Positions 25,858 through 34,738 of a stretch of DNA of 64,000 bases are shown one piece after another. A program made the translations under genes and the position numbers. Positions within the stretch are counted from its first letter, which is position 1; the number at the start of each line of letters is the position of its first letter. The DNA comes from Patescibacteria group bacterium (GTDB taxonomy: Bacteria; Patescibacteriota; Doudnabacteria; UBA920): NCBI GenBank assembly GCA_036726225.1, contig DAIMCS010000003.1:9769-73768 (forward strand), in the 5' to 3' direction. The notes under the pieces were generated by a model. It worked only from the letters and a program-made list of their open reading frames with translations. It was not told the origin of the DNA and ran no database searches.

Positions 25858-26112
25858 ATGGCGCAAAAAACCAAAGAAGCTGACCCGGCAACGCTGGCAG
25901 ATATTGTTGATTCACGGGCCGATCAGGTTACGGAGCTTTTAAACATCCCTGGGTTTGAAGGCACCGACCTAATGGTCGCAAAAATGAGCAATGGGTTAAG
26001 CATTCTCTGCAGCAAAAGTCAAAATTTCTCGGTCGGGGATAAGGTTCTTGTGATGAGTGTCTGTTGCCCGAACAACAAATATGGCTCATGCCATGTTTTG
26101 AAGAAGGCTTAG
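25858..26112 (+). CDS. hypothetical small protein with a Cys-rich C-terminus
   Basis: GGAAGGAGGG ribosome-binding site. 84 aa ending VLVMSVCCPNNKYGSCHVLKKA. A terminator hairpin follows at 26115..26150. Confidence 0.4.
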   Translation: MAQKTKEADPATLADIVDSRADQVTELLNIPGFEGTDLMVAKMSNGLSILCSKSQNFSVGDKVLVMSVCCPNNKYGSCHVLKKA

Positions 26113-26218
26113 CTGTGGCCAGGGGTTGGGATTTCAACCTCTGGCCATTTAGTTTCATTTGATAAAGCCCTTTTTAAATGCTAAAATTTAAAGGATTTTC
26201 AATCTAAAATCTTTAATC

Positions 26219-27733
26219 TTGAATCATAAATCTAATACAATCCGTACTCGTTTTGCCCCAAGCCCTACGGGCTTTGTTCATATTGGTTCACTCCGCACCG
26301 CACTTTTTTCATATCTTTTCGCCAGGGCCAATAAAGGCGCGCATGTTTTAAGAATTGAAGATACGGACCAGATTAGAAAAGTTGAAGGCGCGGTTGAAAA
26401 TTTACTGAAAGTTATGAAAACCGTAGGCGTGGAATTTGACGAAGGGTTTTATTTAAAAGATGACGGAAGCGTAGGGGAGAGGGGAGAGTATGGTTCGTAT
26501 TTGCAATCTAAGCGACTTGAAAAATATCACGCTGCTGTCAACCAGCTCCTTAAAGAAAATAAAGCCTACAATTGTTTTTGCAGCCAGGAACGTTTGGAAG
26601 AATTGCGGAAAGAACAAATGGCTTTAAAAAAGCCGGCTATGTACGACAGGCATTGCAGGAATTTGTCGGCTGATGAAATAAAATCAAAGCTTGAAGAGTT
26701 TAAAGCCGCGGGAAAAAATCCCGTTGTGCGTTTTGCTATTCCTCTGGAAGGCAGCACAACAATCCACGATTTAATTTATGGGGACATTACCTATGAGCAT
26801 AAAGTTTTAGACGACCAGGTAATTTTAAAGTCTGACGGTTTTCCAACCTATCATCTCGCTGTGGTAGTGGACGACCACTTTATGGAAATTTCCCACGTCA
26901 TTCGCGCCGAGGAGTGGATTCCGTCAACTCCCAAACATTTACTAATCTACGAAGCCCTTGGCTGGCAACCAACACAGTTCGCACATTTGCCCTTAATTTT
27001 AAACCCGGACAAATCTAAACTTTCCAAAAGGCAGGGCGATGTTTCTGTGGAAGATTTTTTGGCCAAAGGTTATTTGCCGGAAGCGTTAATAAATTTTGTT
27101 GCATTTTTGGGATGGAACCCAAAAACCGACAAAGAAATTTTTTCTCTGGATGAATTAATAACGGAATTTGACTTTGCCAAAATAAATAAAGCCGGCGCGG
27201 TTTTTGACGACAATAAGCTGGACTGGTTTAATTCACAGTACATAAAAAATTTAACGGCCAAAAATTTGGCCAATCTGCTTAAACCGTTTTGGAAAAAAGC
27301 CGGAGTAGAGATAAAAAAATATGAGAATGAATATTTCACCGCCATTTCCGGGCAGGAACAAGAGCGCTTAAAGAAGCTTTCGGAGATAGGGGAGAGGACA
27401 ACTTACTTTTTCAAACAGCCCGAATACGAGGCCGGACTATTAGTTTGGAAGAAATCGGACGCCAAAGATGCGAAACAGAAATTAACAGAGCTTAAGCATT
27501 TGCTAACCGGTCTTAATGAGTCCAAATTTACTCAAAAAGATTTGGAATCAGAAATAAAAAATTTCATAACAGAAAAAAAATACGACAACGGCCCTGTCTT
27601 ATGGCCGCTACGGGTTGCGCTCACGGGCTTACAACAAAGTCCGGGACCTTTTGAAGTGGCTTCTGTTATGGCTGTTGGGCTGGGAAAGAGTGAAATTTTA
27701 AATAGAATAGAAATAGCAATAGCTAAATTATAA
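26219..27733 (+). CDS. gltX: glutamyl-tRNA synthetase (start codon uncertain, probably TTG at 26219)
   Basis: RTRFAPSPTGFVHIGSLRTAL (HIGH region) and KLSKRQG (KMSKS region). Confidence 0.85.
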   Translation: MNHKSNTIRTRFAPSPTGFVHIGSLRTALFSYLFARANKGAHVLRIEDTDQIRKVEGAVENLLKVMKTVGVEFDEGFYLKDDGSVGERGEYGSYLQSKRLEKYHAAVNQLLKENKAYNCFCSQERLEELRKEQMALKKPAMYDRHCRNLSADEIKSKLEEFKAAGKNPVVRFAIPLEGSTTIHDLIYGDITYEHKVLDDQVILKSDGFPTYHLAVVVDDHFMEISHVIRAEEWIPSTPKHLLIYEALGWQPTQFAHLPLILNPDKSKLSKRQGDVSVEDFLAKGYLPEALINFVAFLGWNPKTDKEIFSLDELITEFDFAKINKAGAVFDDNKLDWFNSQYIKNLTAKNLANLLKPFWKKAGVEIKKYENEYFTAISGQEQERLKKLSEIGERTTYFFKQPEYEAGLLVWKKSDAKDAKQKLTELKHLLTGLNESKFTQKDLESEIKNFITEKKYDNGPVLWPLRVALTGLQQSPGPFEVASVMAVGLGKSEILNRIEIAIAKL

Positions 27734-27798
27734 TCCCATTTCACAATTATTCCCCATTGTGGAATTCGTTTAGATCAGTTTTCCGTTTTTGGGGCAAA

Positions 27799-27808
27799 TG
27801 TGGTATAA
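27799..27808 (+). promoter_or_regulatory. extended -10 element TGgTATAAT
   Basis: Sequence match 9 nt upstream of the ATG at 27817. Confidence 0.4.
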
Positions 27809-27816
27809 TTTAGTTA

Positions 27817-29106
27817 ATGTTTAAGCTATATGATACCAAAATAAAACACAAAATCGCCATTGGAATAATCCTTTCCTTATTTTTAGGCTTAAATTTGCAG
27901 CTTAGCGTTGCCGATGAAATAGACGACAAACTTTCGCAGGACCAGGAGAAACTTAAGCAAATTAATAAGCAAATAAAAGACTATCAGCAGCAAATTGCAG
28001 CCACTCAAAGCAAACTTAGCACGTTAAAAAACGAAATTTCAATTTATAACGACGAAATAGCGCTCACCGAGTTGCAAATTGAGGCCAAGGAAACACAAAT
28101 TAAGGATACCAATTTGCAAATTGGCAAGTACCAGGAGCTTATAGACAGAAAAACTATTGAAATAGCCGACAACAAAAAAATTCTGGGGCAGTTAATTGTT
28201 GAGCTCAACGAGTACGACGACCAATACGCGTTAAAAACTACGGTTGGCAGCAATAATTTGTCAGATTTTTTGGACCAAATCCAGTATACCCAAAATATCC
28301 AGGACAAGGTTTACCAGCTGACGCAAAAAATTAAAGCTTTAAAGGCGCAACTGCAAAAAGAGCAGCGCGAATTGCAAATTAAAGTTGAACAGTTAATTGA
28401 ATTCAAACATCAGTTAGAAATAACCGAAGCCGCGCTGGTTACAATAAAAAACCAAAAACAAAAGCTGTTAACCCAGACCCAGGGCCTGGAAAGAAATTAT
28501 CAAAAACTTTTAGCTTCCAGCAAACAGGATGCGGACAATTTACAAAAAGAAATAGACGAGTTGGACGCGCAGGTTAGGGCGCGTTTGGGCAAGAAAACTG
28601 TGCCGGCGGGTAAAGGCGTTTTGGCCTGGCCAATAGACGGGATTTTAACCCAAAAATACGGCAATACGGGCTTTAGGGCATTAGGCTATAGCTTCCATAA
28701 CGGTATTGACGTTGCAGCTCCGGCAGGTGAGCCAATTTACGCCGCGGCTGACGGTGAAGTTATTTATACAGACCACAGCGATGCTTCTTACGGCAATTGG
28801 GTTGCCATAAAACACGACATTACAACAAAGAGCGGCAAGAGCCAAATTATTACTTTGTACGCGCATTTCCAGAGTTTTAAAGTTTCGCCCGGCCATCAAG
28901 TTAAGCAAGGTGATTTAATTGGCTACGAAGGCAACAGCGGTAACACCACAAAAAAGTTATATGGTCCGGAGAGGGGATACCACTTGCATTTTGTGGTTTA
29001 CGACGCGGAAGGCTTTGGGGTAAACGCCGGCAAATACACAAATATTTACGGCTCTTACCGTGTGCCTTACGGTTATACATATAATCCTTTAGATTTTTTG
29101 CAATAA
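27817..29106 (+). CDS. M23 (LytM) peptidase with an N-terminal coiled-coil domain (EnvC-like)
   Basis: Long Q/K/E-rich coiled coil, then HNGIDVAAPAGEPIYAAADGEVIY...GNSGNTT...HLHF, the M23 motifs. Confidence 0.8.
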   Translation: MFKLYDTKIKHKIAIGIILSLFLGLNLQLSVADEIDDKLSQDQEKLKQINKQIKDYQQQIAATQSKLSTLKNEISIYNDEIALTELQIEAKETQIKDTNLQIGKYQELIDRKTIEIADNKKILGQLIVELNEYDDQYALKTTVGSNNLSDFLDQIQYTQNIQDKVYQLTQKIKALKAQLQKEQRELQIKVEQLIEFKHQLEITEAALVTIKNQKQKLLTQTQGLERNYQKLLASSKQDADNLQKEIDELDAQVRARLGKKTVPAGKGVLAWPIDGILTQKYGNTGFRALGYSFHNGIDVAAPAGEPIYAAADGEVIYTDHSDASYGNWVAIKHDITTKSGKSQIITLYAHFQSFKVSPGHQVKQGDLIGYEGNSGNTTKKLYGPERGYHLHFVVYDAEGFGVNAGKYTNIYGSYRVPYGYTYNPLDFLQ

Positions 29107-29115
29107 AATAAAAAT

Positions 29116-30288
29116 ATGAAATTAAAAAAATATTTTTTACTGCTCTTAATCCTCGAGATATTTTTTTCCTATGCTCCGGCTTTTGCGCAGGAGCTTCCGC
29201 CCTATAATTATGCGGAAAACGCCGGGGTTTCGGAGCAAATAAAAAAATATTTGTGCGCGCCCAAAGACCCGGAAAAAAGCCAGACCCAAACGGACATTTT
29301 GGATTCCCAGGGCAACCCAATTACTTTTGACCCAAACCAGGCCGCGTTTAACAACACCAACAGCAGCGTGCTTTATGAGTGCATTAACCGTTTGTATAAA
29401 TTTGCAATTATTTTAGCCTGCGTTGTCGGCGTATTTTTTATAGTCATTGCCGGCTATGTTTATATGGCGGCAGAAGGCAACCAGGAGTCTGTAGACAAAG
29501 CCAAAAATATTTTAACTACCACAATAACCAGCATAGTCATTTTGCTTGCCGGGTTTGTGTTGCTTAAGGCTATTAACCCCGACCTTGTGGAGTTCCACTC
29601 CATACAGCCGCCGGGCATTAAAATTGGGGATTTAAAACTGCCTGAAGACACAATTGGCCAGCAGCCTCCCTATGAACCCGTGGGGGGAGTCTGTAAAGAT
29701 GAAAAGGTTTCGAATATTTGTGAAGGTGTGACCGGAGGCTGTACACAAAATGTTTGTTCAGGTTATTCTTCCGCTGTTGCTGCGGCAGCTGCAAAGTTCC
29801 CCATAACCGGAGCTGATACCCAAGCTTTAATTAAAAGCATAATGTACAATGAGTCCAGCTGCGGGCGAAATTTAGAATCACCTGCGGGCGCGTGCGGCAT
29901 TATGCAGCTTTTGCCTGACACTGCTGACAGGTTAAAAGGCTATTGTGGTGTAGCAACCAAAATAGATTGCGCTTGGTTAAAAAATCCGGCCAATTTTGAC
30001 AAAAGCATTTGTATTGGAGCGGCTTACTTAAAGAACTTAAGTGAAGGCGCTTGTAGCAGTAATAATGAGAGTAACTTAGTAAGGAACCTGGCGGCAGGGT
30101 ATAATGGCGGCTCTAAAGCTTGTGAGGCCAGCGTGAGCTGTGGTGGCGAGGCGGGCTGCGCAGCCCAGCCAATGCGTAAATGGGAATGTACTTGGGATAA
30201 CACAGAACGTACGCAGTGCAACACGGGTTATTTAGAAACCAGGTCATACGCGCCTAAAGTATTGGGATGCTATCAACTAAACAAATAG
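29116..30288 (+). CDS. secreted lytic transglycosylase (SLT/VirB1-like) with a signal peptide, a two-helix hairpin of VirB2/TrbC-like topology, and a Cys-rich C-terminus
   Basis: Signal peptide ...APAFA|Q. Two hydrophobic helices separated by EGNQESVDKAKNILTTT. SLT motifs MYNESSCGR, GIMQL and AAGYNGG. More than 20 Cys residues. Confidence 0.6.
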   Translation: MKLKKYFLLLLILEIFFSYAPAFAQELPPYNYAENAGVSEQIKKYLCAPKDPEKSQTQTDILDSQGNPITFDPNQAAFNNTNSSVLYECINRLYKFAIILACVVGVFFIVIAGYVYMAAEGNQESVDKAKNILTTTITSIVILLAGFVLLKAINPDLVEFHSIQPPGIKIGDLKLPEDTIGQQPPYEPVGGVCKDEKVSNICEGVTGGCTQNVCSGYSSAVAAAAAKFPITGADTQALIKSIMYNESSCGRNLESPAGACGIMQLLPDTADRLKGYCGVATKIDCAWLKNPANFDKSICIGAAYLKNLSEGACSSNNESNLVRNLAAGYNGGSKACEASVSCGGEAGCAAQPMRKWECTWDNTERTQCNTGYLETRSYAPKVLGCYQLNK

Positions 30289-30351
30289 CTTGTCGCATAA
30301 GATACATTGTGCGACGTTATAAATATTTCGTTTTCGCTCTCCCCTATAAAT

Positions 30352-30381
30352 AAAAGCTCCAACTGCTTAGTTGGAGCTTTT
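30352..30381. terminator. bidirectional terminator
   Basis: AAAA-AGCTCCAA-ctgcttag-TTGGAGCT-TTTT. Confidence 0.6.
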
Positions 30382-31630
30382 AAATTAAATCTATTTGTTT
30401 TGTTTTCCTTAATCCCCTAACAAGGGCAGGTAAAATTTTTAACAGGTAATCAATATCTCTCTTTTGGGTAGATTTTCCTAAGGTAAACCGAATGCTGCTT
30501 TTAGCTAACTTTTTTGAATGACCGATCGCTAATAATACGTGTGACGGGTCGAGCTGACCTGTGCTGCAAGCGCTTGCTGTTGAGGAATTTATGCCATAGC
30601 TGTCTAAATAAAACATCAACGACTCCCCTTCCGTATTTTTAAAGGAAAAGTTGACGTTATTGGGTAATCTAAACAATGGTAGATAAAAATCGCGGCCGCG
30701 ATTTTTATCACCTTGATTTAAGGTAGGTCCATTTAAAATTGCATCCGGAATCTGTTTGCTTATTTCAGAAATTAGACGGCCGCTTAGTTTAAAAAGTCTT
30801 AGATTTTCTTTTTGCTTTTTTTTTGAAGCTAACTCGAGCGCTTTGGCCAAACCCACTATCCCCGTAACATTCTGTGTGCCGCTACGCAGCCCATTTTCCT
30901 GCCCGCCTCCGTAAATTAGCGGTTTAAGTTTGACCCCCGAGCGCACATACAAAAACCCAGTTTGTTTTGGGCCATAGATCTTACTGCCGTTTACCGACAT
31001 TAAGTCTACCCCAAGCCTGTTTACATCAAGGTCTAAAAATCCGGCAGCCTGGCAGGCATCGGTATGAAAAATTATCCGTTGCAGGTTATTTTTTATCCGT
31101 CTGTTGTTTTCCGCTTTAAGCCATCGTCCAATTTCGGCTATTGGCGCAATAGTTCCTATTTCGTTATTAGCGTACATTATAGAAATTAAAACTGTCTCCA
31201 GCCTTACAGATTTTTTTAGTTGGTCTAAATTTACAAACCCCTCTTTATCTACCCTAACCAAAGTCGTCTTGTACCCTTCCCCTGCCAGGGCTGCAAAAGA
31301 ATTTATAACGCAGTGGTGTTCTGTTGCCGAAGTAATAAGATGCGTTTTTTTGTGTAGCCGGGCAACGCCAAAAATTGCCAGATTAACACTTTCCGTCCCG
31401 CCGGCCGTAAAAATAATTTCCGAAGGCCTGGCACCAATTAAGTCGGCAACAACAGCGCGCGATTTTTCAACAGCGTCATTAGCCTCCCTGCCTTTTTTAT
31501 AGAGCGATGAAGGGTTGCCAAATTTGTCATTAAAAAAAGGTTCCATAGCCGCTTTAACTTCCGGGTCAACCGGAGTGGTGGCCGCATGGTCTAAGTAAAT
31601 AGTTTTTTTTGGAGTAATTTTTGGCAGCAT
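30380..31630 (-). CDS. iscS: cysteine desulfurase (IscS/NifS class V aminotransferase)
   Basis: PLP-lysine region NGSKIYGPK. Active-site Cys region SSTASACSTGQLDPSHVL. Confidence 0.8.
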   Translation of the reverse strand: MLPKITPKKTIYLDHAATTPVDPEVKAAMEPFFNDKFGNPSSLYKKGREANDAVEKSRAVVADLIGARPSEIIFTAGGTESVNLAIFGVARLHKKTHLITSATEHHCVINSFAALAGEGYKTTLVRVDKEGFVNLDQLKKSVRLETVLISIMYANNEIGTIAPIAEIGRWLKAENNRRIKNNLQRIIFHTDACQAAGFLDLDVNRLGVDLMSVNGSKIYGPKQTGFLYVRSGVKLKPLIYGGGQENGLRSGTQNVTGIVGLAKALELASKKKQKENLRLFKLSGRLISEISKQIPDAILNGPTLNQGDKNRGRDFYLPLFRLPNNVNFSFKNTEGESLMFYLDSYGINSSTASACSTGQLDPSHVLLAIGHSKKLAKSSIRFTLGKSTQKRDIDYLLKILPALVRGLRKTKQIDLI

Positions 31631-31672
31631 AAAAATCTAAGGGTCATTATAGCCCATAAAGCGTGTTTAGAC

Positions 31673-31701
31673 TAGACGCCGGGCTTAATAATTGCTATAC
31701 T
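31673..31701 (+). promoter_or_regulatory. candidate promoter: TAGACG, 17-nt spacer, TATACT
   Basis: Sequence match at the start of the ORF-free region. Confidence 0.3.
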
Positions 31702-31707
31702 GTCTGA

Positions 31708-32224
31708 ACGAAAAACCGCAATCAGCTGCAACTGGATAGTGCTTGGATGCAAAACCTTTCGGTAAGCTTTTTTGAGTTTAGGGGCGCCGATGAAGGTTTC
31801 CAGCCGGCTGAATAAGGACAAACCCCCAATAAAAGGGTCGGCGGATAAAGGAGGAAGTGCACAACGGAGGACCACATCCTGGTTCGTTTCAGCGCAGTTA
31901 ATGTGGACGCGACTTACCCAACCGCGTGTTATACCACTTAATGGTCTAAAACGAGCGCAACAGGCAATACCTGTCATGCATCACATATGCATTATTACGC
32001 ACAACCAAAGGAAAACTGGCTGAAAAGGGCCGGGTACGAGCCGAGTACATTTGGGCCCACGGATAGCCAGGGTTGTCAGGAAAAAGAAACGCCGGGTTTG
32101 TTGAAGTTGCGTATTGGTAATTTAAAATTTTACGCAATTTACAAAAATAGACTTTGGAAGTTTCTGTGTCCAACCACCTTCTTTATTCGCCGCGCGGGCT
32201 ACTTCACAGCCGCGCGGTTTTTTT
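31708..32224 (+). ncRNA. candidate large structured noncoding RNA of about 520 nt, class unassigned
   Basis: No credible ORF; only short overlapping basic ORFs. GC is elevated relative to the AT-rich intergenic norm. Many local hairpins. It ends in a plus-strand intrinsic terminator, CCGCGCGG-N12-CCGCGCGG-TTTTTTT, at 32190..32224. Confidence 0.35.
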
Positions 32225-32621
32225 ATTTGCTGGATTTTATGTAGCCTGCCGCCACCGCTTCTTTTTCTGTATTAAAACACTGTTCGGCATTGGTGCGTTC
32301 GTAAAACGCGCCGCCCTTAATGTGGTAAATTTTTTTGCCACCCGAAGCAATGTTCCCTTTTATTAAGCAATCTGAAACGGCCGTTCCGGTCGCAGCTCCT
32401 GCCACTATCCCCTGCTGGGCGGCTACATCGGCCGCTGGTTTTTTCGCTTCCGCCGTGGTATAATTATTTTGTTTCTTATAAGCATCCCGTCTCATCCCCT
32501 TTTCATAGCTACCGGTTCCAAAACCCACAAAGAAAACAACTACAAAACTTGCCGCAATTATGAGCTTAGTTTTGTTTTCTTTTTCTCTTACCCAGCTTTT
32601 TAGTTGTTCGTAGGTTAGCAT
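32223..32621 (-). CDS. membrane-anchored hypothetical protein with a C-terminal KGNIxxGGKKIYHxKGGxxYxxT...EAxAAGY domain
   Basis: N-terminal TM segment IIAASFVVVFFVGFG. The C-terminal motif is recognisable, but I cannot name the family with confidence. Confidence 0.45.
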   Translation of the reverse strand: MLTYEQLKSWVREKENKTKLIIAASFVVVFFVGFGTGSYEKGMRRDAYKKQNNYTTAEAKKPAADVAAQQGIVAGAATGTAVSDCLIKGNIASGGKKIYHIKGGAFYERTNAEQCFNTEKEAVAAGYIKSSK

Positions 32622-32676
32622 TTGGCTTATTATAGCACAAATTATTGGCCGTAAATAAGGTCAATTTACAAATTAC

Positions 32677-34050
32677 ATGCGTTACGCTTTTATTTTAGGG
32701 AGGGTTTATACTTTATCTGTGGCCGAGCTTATTGCCGTTTTGGAAAAACCTGACCAAAGCCTGGTTTTGTCGCCTCTTCGCAAAGAGCCGGCCGAGGGCG
32801 GTTTGGAGGAAGCGGTTAAGATTTTAGAGGCCTCGGAAGAAGTTTTAATTATAGAAACCCCGGCTGCTTTAAACGTAACTAATTTACAAAAAAAACTTGG
32901 CGGCGTAATAAAAATTTTAGAGGTTGTAGATATTATAAAAAAGCGCCAGAATGATTCGGTTAATTTTGCACTCAAGCATTATTTTAAACCCAGCGTCCTA
33001 AAGAAGCAATTTTTTAAGGAATACAAAGGCAAGATGCAATTCGGCGTGAGCATCTATCTTTTAGATATGAATTTGCTTAAAAGACCGGAACCCAAACCCG
33101 GCGACAAGTTCCAGTCTTTTAATTCCATTTTTTCCGAACCCAAACGCATTGGCATGATGATAAAAAACGGGCTAACTGAAAGCGGCTTAAGCGTTCGGTT
33201 GGTTTTGCCTGAATACAATTCCCTCTCCTTAGCTTCGGTTGTAGTGACAAAAAATTTACTGCTTTCCAAGGGCGCGGAAATTTCTATTTTAGCAGCGCAG
33301 GATAAAATTTTTACGGCTAAAACTTTAAGCGTACAGGATTTTGAAGACTACGGCAGAAGGGATTACCAACGTCCGGTTAGGGATGAAAAACAGGGCATGA
33401 TTCCGCCTAAGGTTGCCCAAATTATGTTAAATTTGGCCAATTGTAAATCCGGGGATACTATTTTAGACCCATTTTGTGGCATAGGGACCATTGTCCAGGA
33501 GGGCTTGCTTTTAGGTTACAGGATGATAGGCAGCGACATAAACAAAACCGCAATAAAAGGCAGTGAACAAAATTTAGAATGGTTTAGAAACCGCTATAAA
33601 ATCGCTCCCGGGAAATACGGCGTGGAGGTCAGCGATGCTACCAAGGTTTCCGATCTTATTGCTAAATCTAACAATAAAATTTCAGCCATAGTTACCGAAG
33701 GTACCCTAGGGCCTATTTATGGCCAGTACCCCAAGGTTGAGGAAATTGCCAAAAATTTTAAAGATCTGGAAAAGCTTTATAAAGCCAGTTTTAAGGAATT
33801 CTCTAAATTTTTACCTTCCGGCGGCCGCGTGATTATGTGCGTGCCGGCTTACAGGCGCGGCCGGGGTGACTACGAGCAGATGCCCAAGCTTGACTTCGCA
33901 CTAGCTTTGGGATATAATCAGTTAGATATTATTTCTCCTGTAATTGCCAAAAAGCTTAAATTTCTTAGGCTTACAGAGCGAAAAAGCGCAATTTACGACC
34001 GAAAGGACCAAGTTGTAGCCAGGGAAATAGTGATTTTTGAGAAAGTTTAA
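32677..34050 (+). CDS. THUMP-like / UPF0020-type RNA (N2-guanine or N6-adenine) methyltransferase
   Basis: SAM-binding DPFCGIGTIVQEGLLLGYRMIGSDIN. Confidence 0.5.
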   Translation: MRYAFILGRVYTLSVAELIAVLEKPDQSLVLSPLRKEPAEGGLEEAVKILEASEEVLIIETPAALNVTNLQKKLGGVIKILEVVDIIKKRQNDSVNFALKHYFKPSVLKKQFFKEYKGKMQFGVSIYLLDMNLLKRPEPKPGDKFQSFNSIFSEPKRIGMMIKNGLTESGLSVRLVLPEYNSLSLASVVVTKNLLLSKGAEISILAAQDKIFTAKTLSVQDFEDYGRRDYQRPVRDEKQGMIPPKVAQIMLNLANCKSGDTILDPFCGIGTIVQEGLLLGYRMIGSDINKTAIKGSEQNLEWFRNRYKIAPGKYGVEVSDATKVSDLIAKSNNKISAIVTEGTLGPIYGQYPKVEEIAKNFKDLEKLYKASFKEFSKFLPSGGRVIMCVPAYRRGRGDYEQMPKLDFALALGYNQLDIISPVIAKKLKFLRLTERKSAIYDRKDQVVAREIVIFEKV

Positions 34051-34133
34051 TTAACCACGAACACACAAAAAACACGAAAGCCACAAAATCAGATTTCGTG
34101 AAGTTAGTGCAGTTCGTGAGTTAGTGGAGAATT

Positions 34134-34412
34134 ATGGCACATAAAAAAGCCGGAGGCTCAACAGCGCTAGGACGCGATTCAGTCTCCAAACGCTTAGGCG
34201 TTAAAATTTTTGGCAACCAAGCCGTAAAAAAAGGACAAGTAATTGTCCGCCAACACGGCACTAAATACTCCCCCGGACGTAATGTTAAAATTGGCGGCGA
34301 CTCTACTTTGTACGCCCTAACCGACGGAATGGTAAAATTCCAGAACAAAATGGTTAAAAAGTTCCATGGAAATTTACGCAGAACCAGAATCGTAAACGTG
34401 GAATCCAAGTAG
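34134..34412 (+). CDS. rpmA: 50S ribosomal protein L27
   Basis: [27 protein letters not shown]. Confidence 0.9.
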   Translation: MAHKKAGGSTALGRDSVSKRLGVKIFGNQAVKKGQVIVRQHGTKYSPGRNVKIGGDSTLYALTDGMVKFQNKMVKKFHGNLRRTRIVNVESK

Positions 34413-34453
34413 ATCCCATTCCCGCGCAGGCGGGAATCTATAATTTAAGATTT

Positions 34454-34481
34454 AAAAACCCCCGAGTAACGGGGGTTTTTT
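34454..34481. terminator. bidirectional terminator
   Basis: AAAAA-CCCCCG-agtaa-CGGGGG-TTTTTT. Confidence 0.6.
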
Positions 34482-34482
34482 G

Positions 34483-34737
34483 TTATCCATACTTTATCTT
34501 AAAGGCAAGGATTGATAACACAAATATTTCCGTAATAATGTTTGCAATATATATCGGCGGTTCGTGAAGCAATAATCCATAAACAATCCATAGCGCTACT
34601 CCTATTGCCAAAACTGAGTACGTTGACAAAGACAAATCTTTAGTGTGTTTGGTCTGCCATACTTTTAGCAATTGAGGCAGCTGGGAAATGGTAGTCAATG
34701 TTGCACCCACTGTACCAATAATAAAAATAAAATCCAT
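34483..34737 (-). CDS. SemiSWEET / PQ-loop sugar transporter (three TM segments)
   Basis: 84 aa. The PQ-loop motif ISQLPQLLKVW sits in TM1. Confidence 0.7.
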   Translation of the reverse strand: MDFIFIIGTVGATLTTISQLPQLLKVWQTKHTKDLSLSTYSVLAIGVALWIVYGLLLHEPPIYIANIITEIFVLSILAFKIKYG

Positions 34738-34738
34738 A

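Noticed and set aside
31708-32224. Identification of the candidate ncRNA as RNase P RNA or tmRNA
   Set aside because: By eye I could not find the CR-I (GGAAAGUCCGGGCUCC) and CR-V (ACAGAAACCCGGCUUA) blocks in the correct order. There is no tRNA-like 3' end with TTCGA T-loop and CCA. A CCGGGCUUA-like string exists but in the wrong position. It needs a covariance-model search.
31672-32244. Short overlapping ORFs (101, 83, 75 and 85 aa) in the iscS-adjacent noncoding region
   Set aside because: They are mutually overlapping on both strands, basic or low-complexity in composition, and rely on TTG starts without ribosome-binding sites. The region is better explained as a structured RNA.
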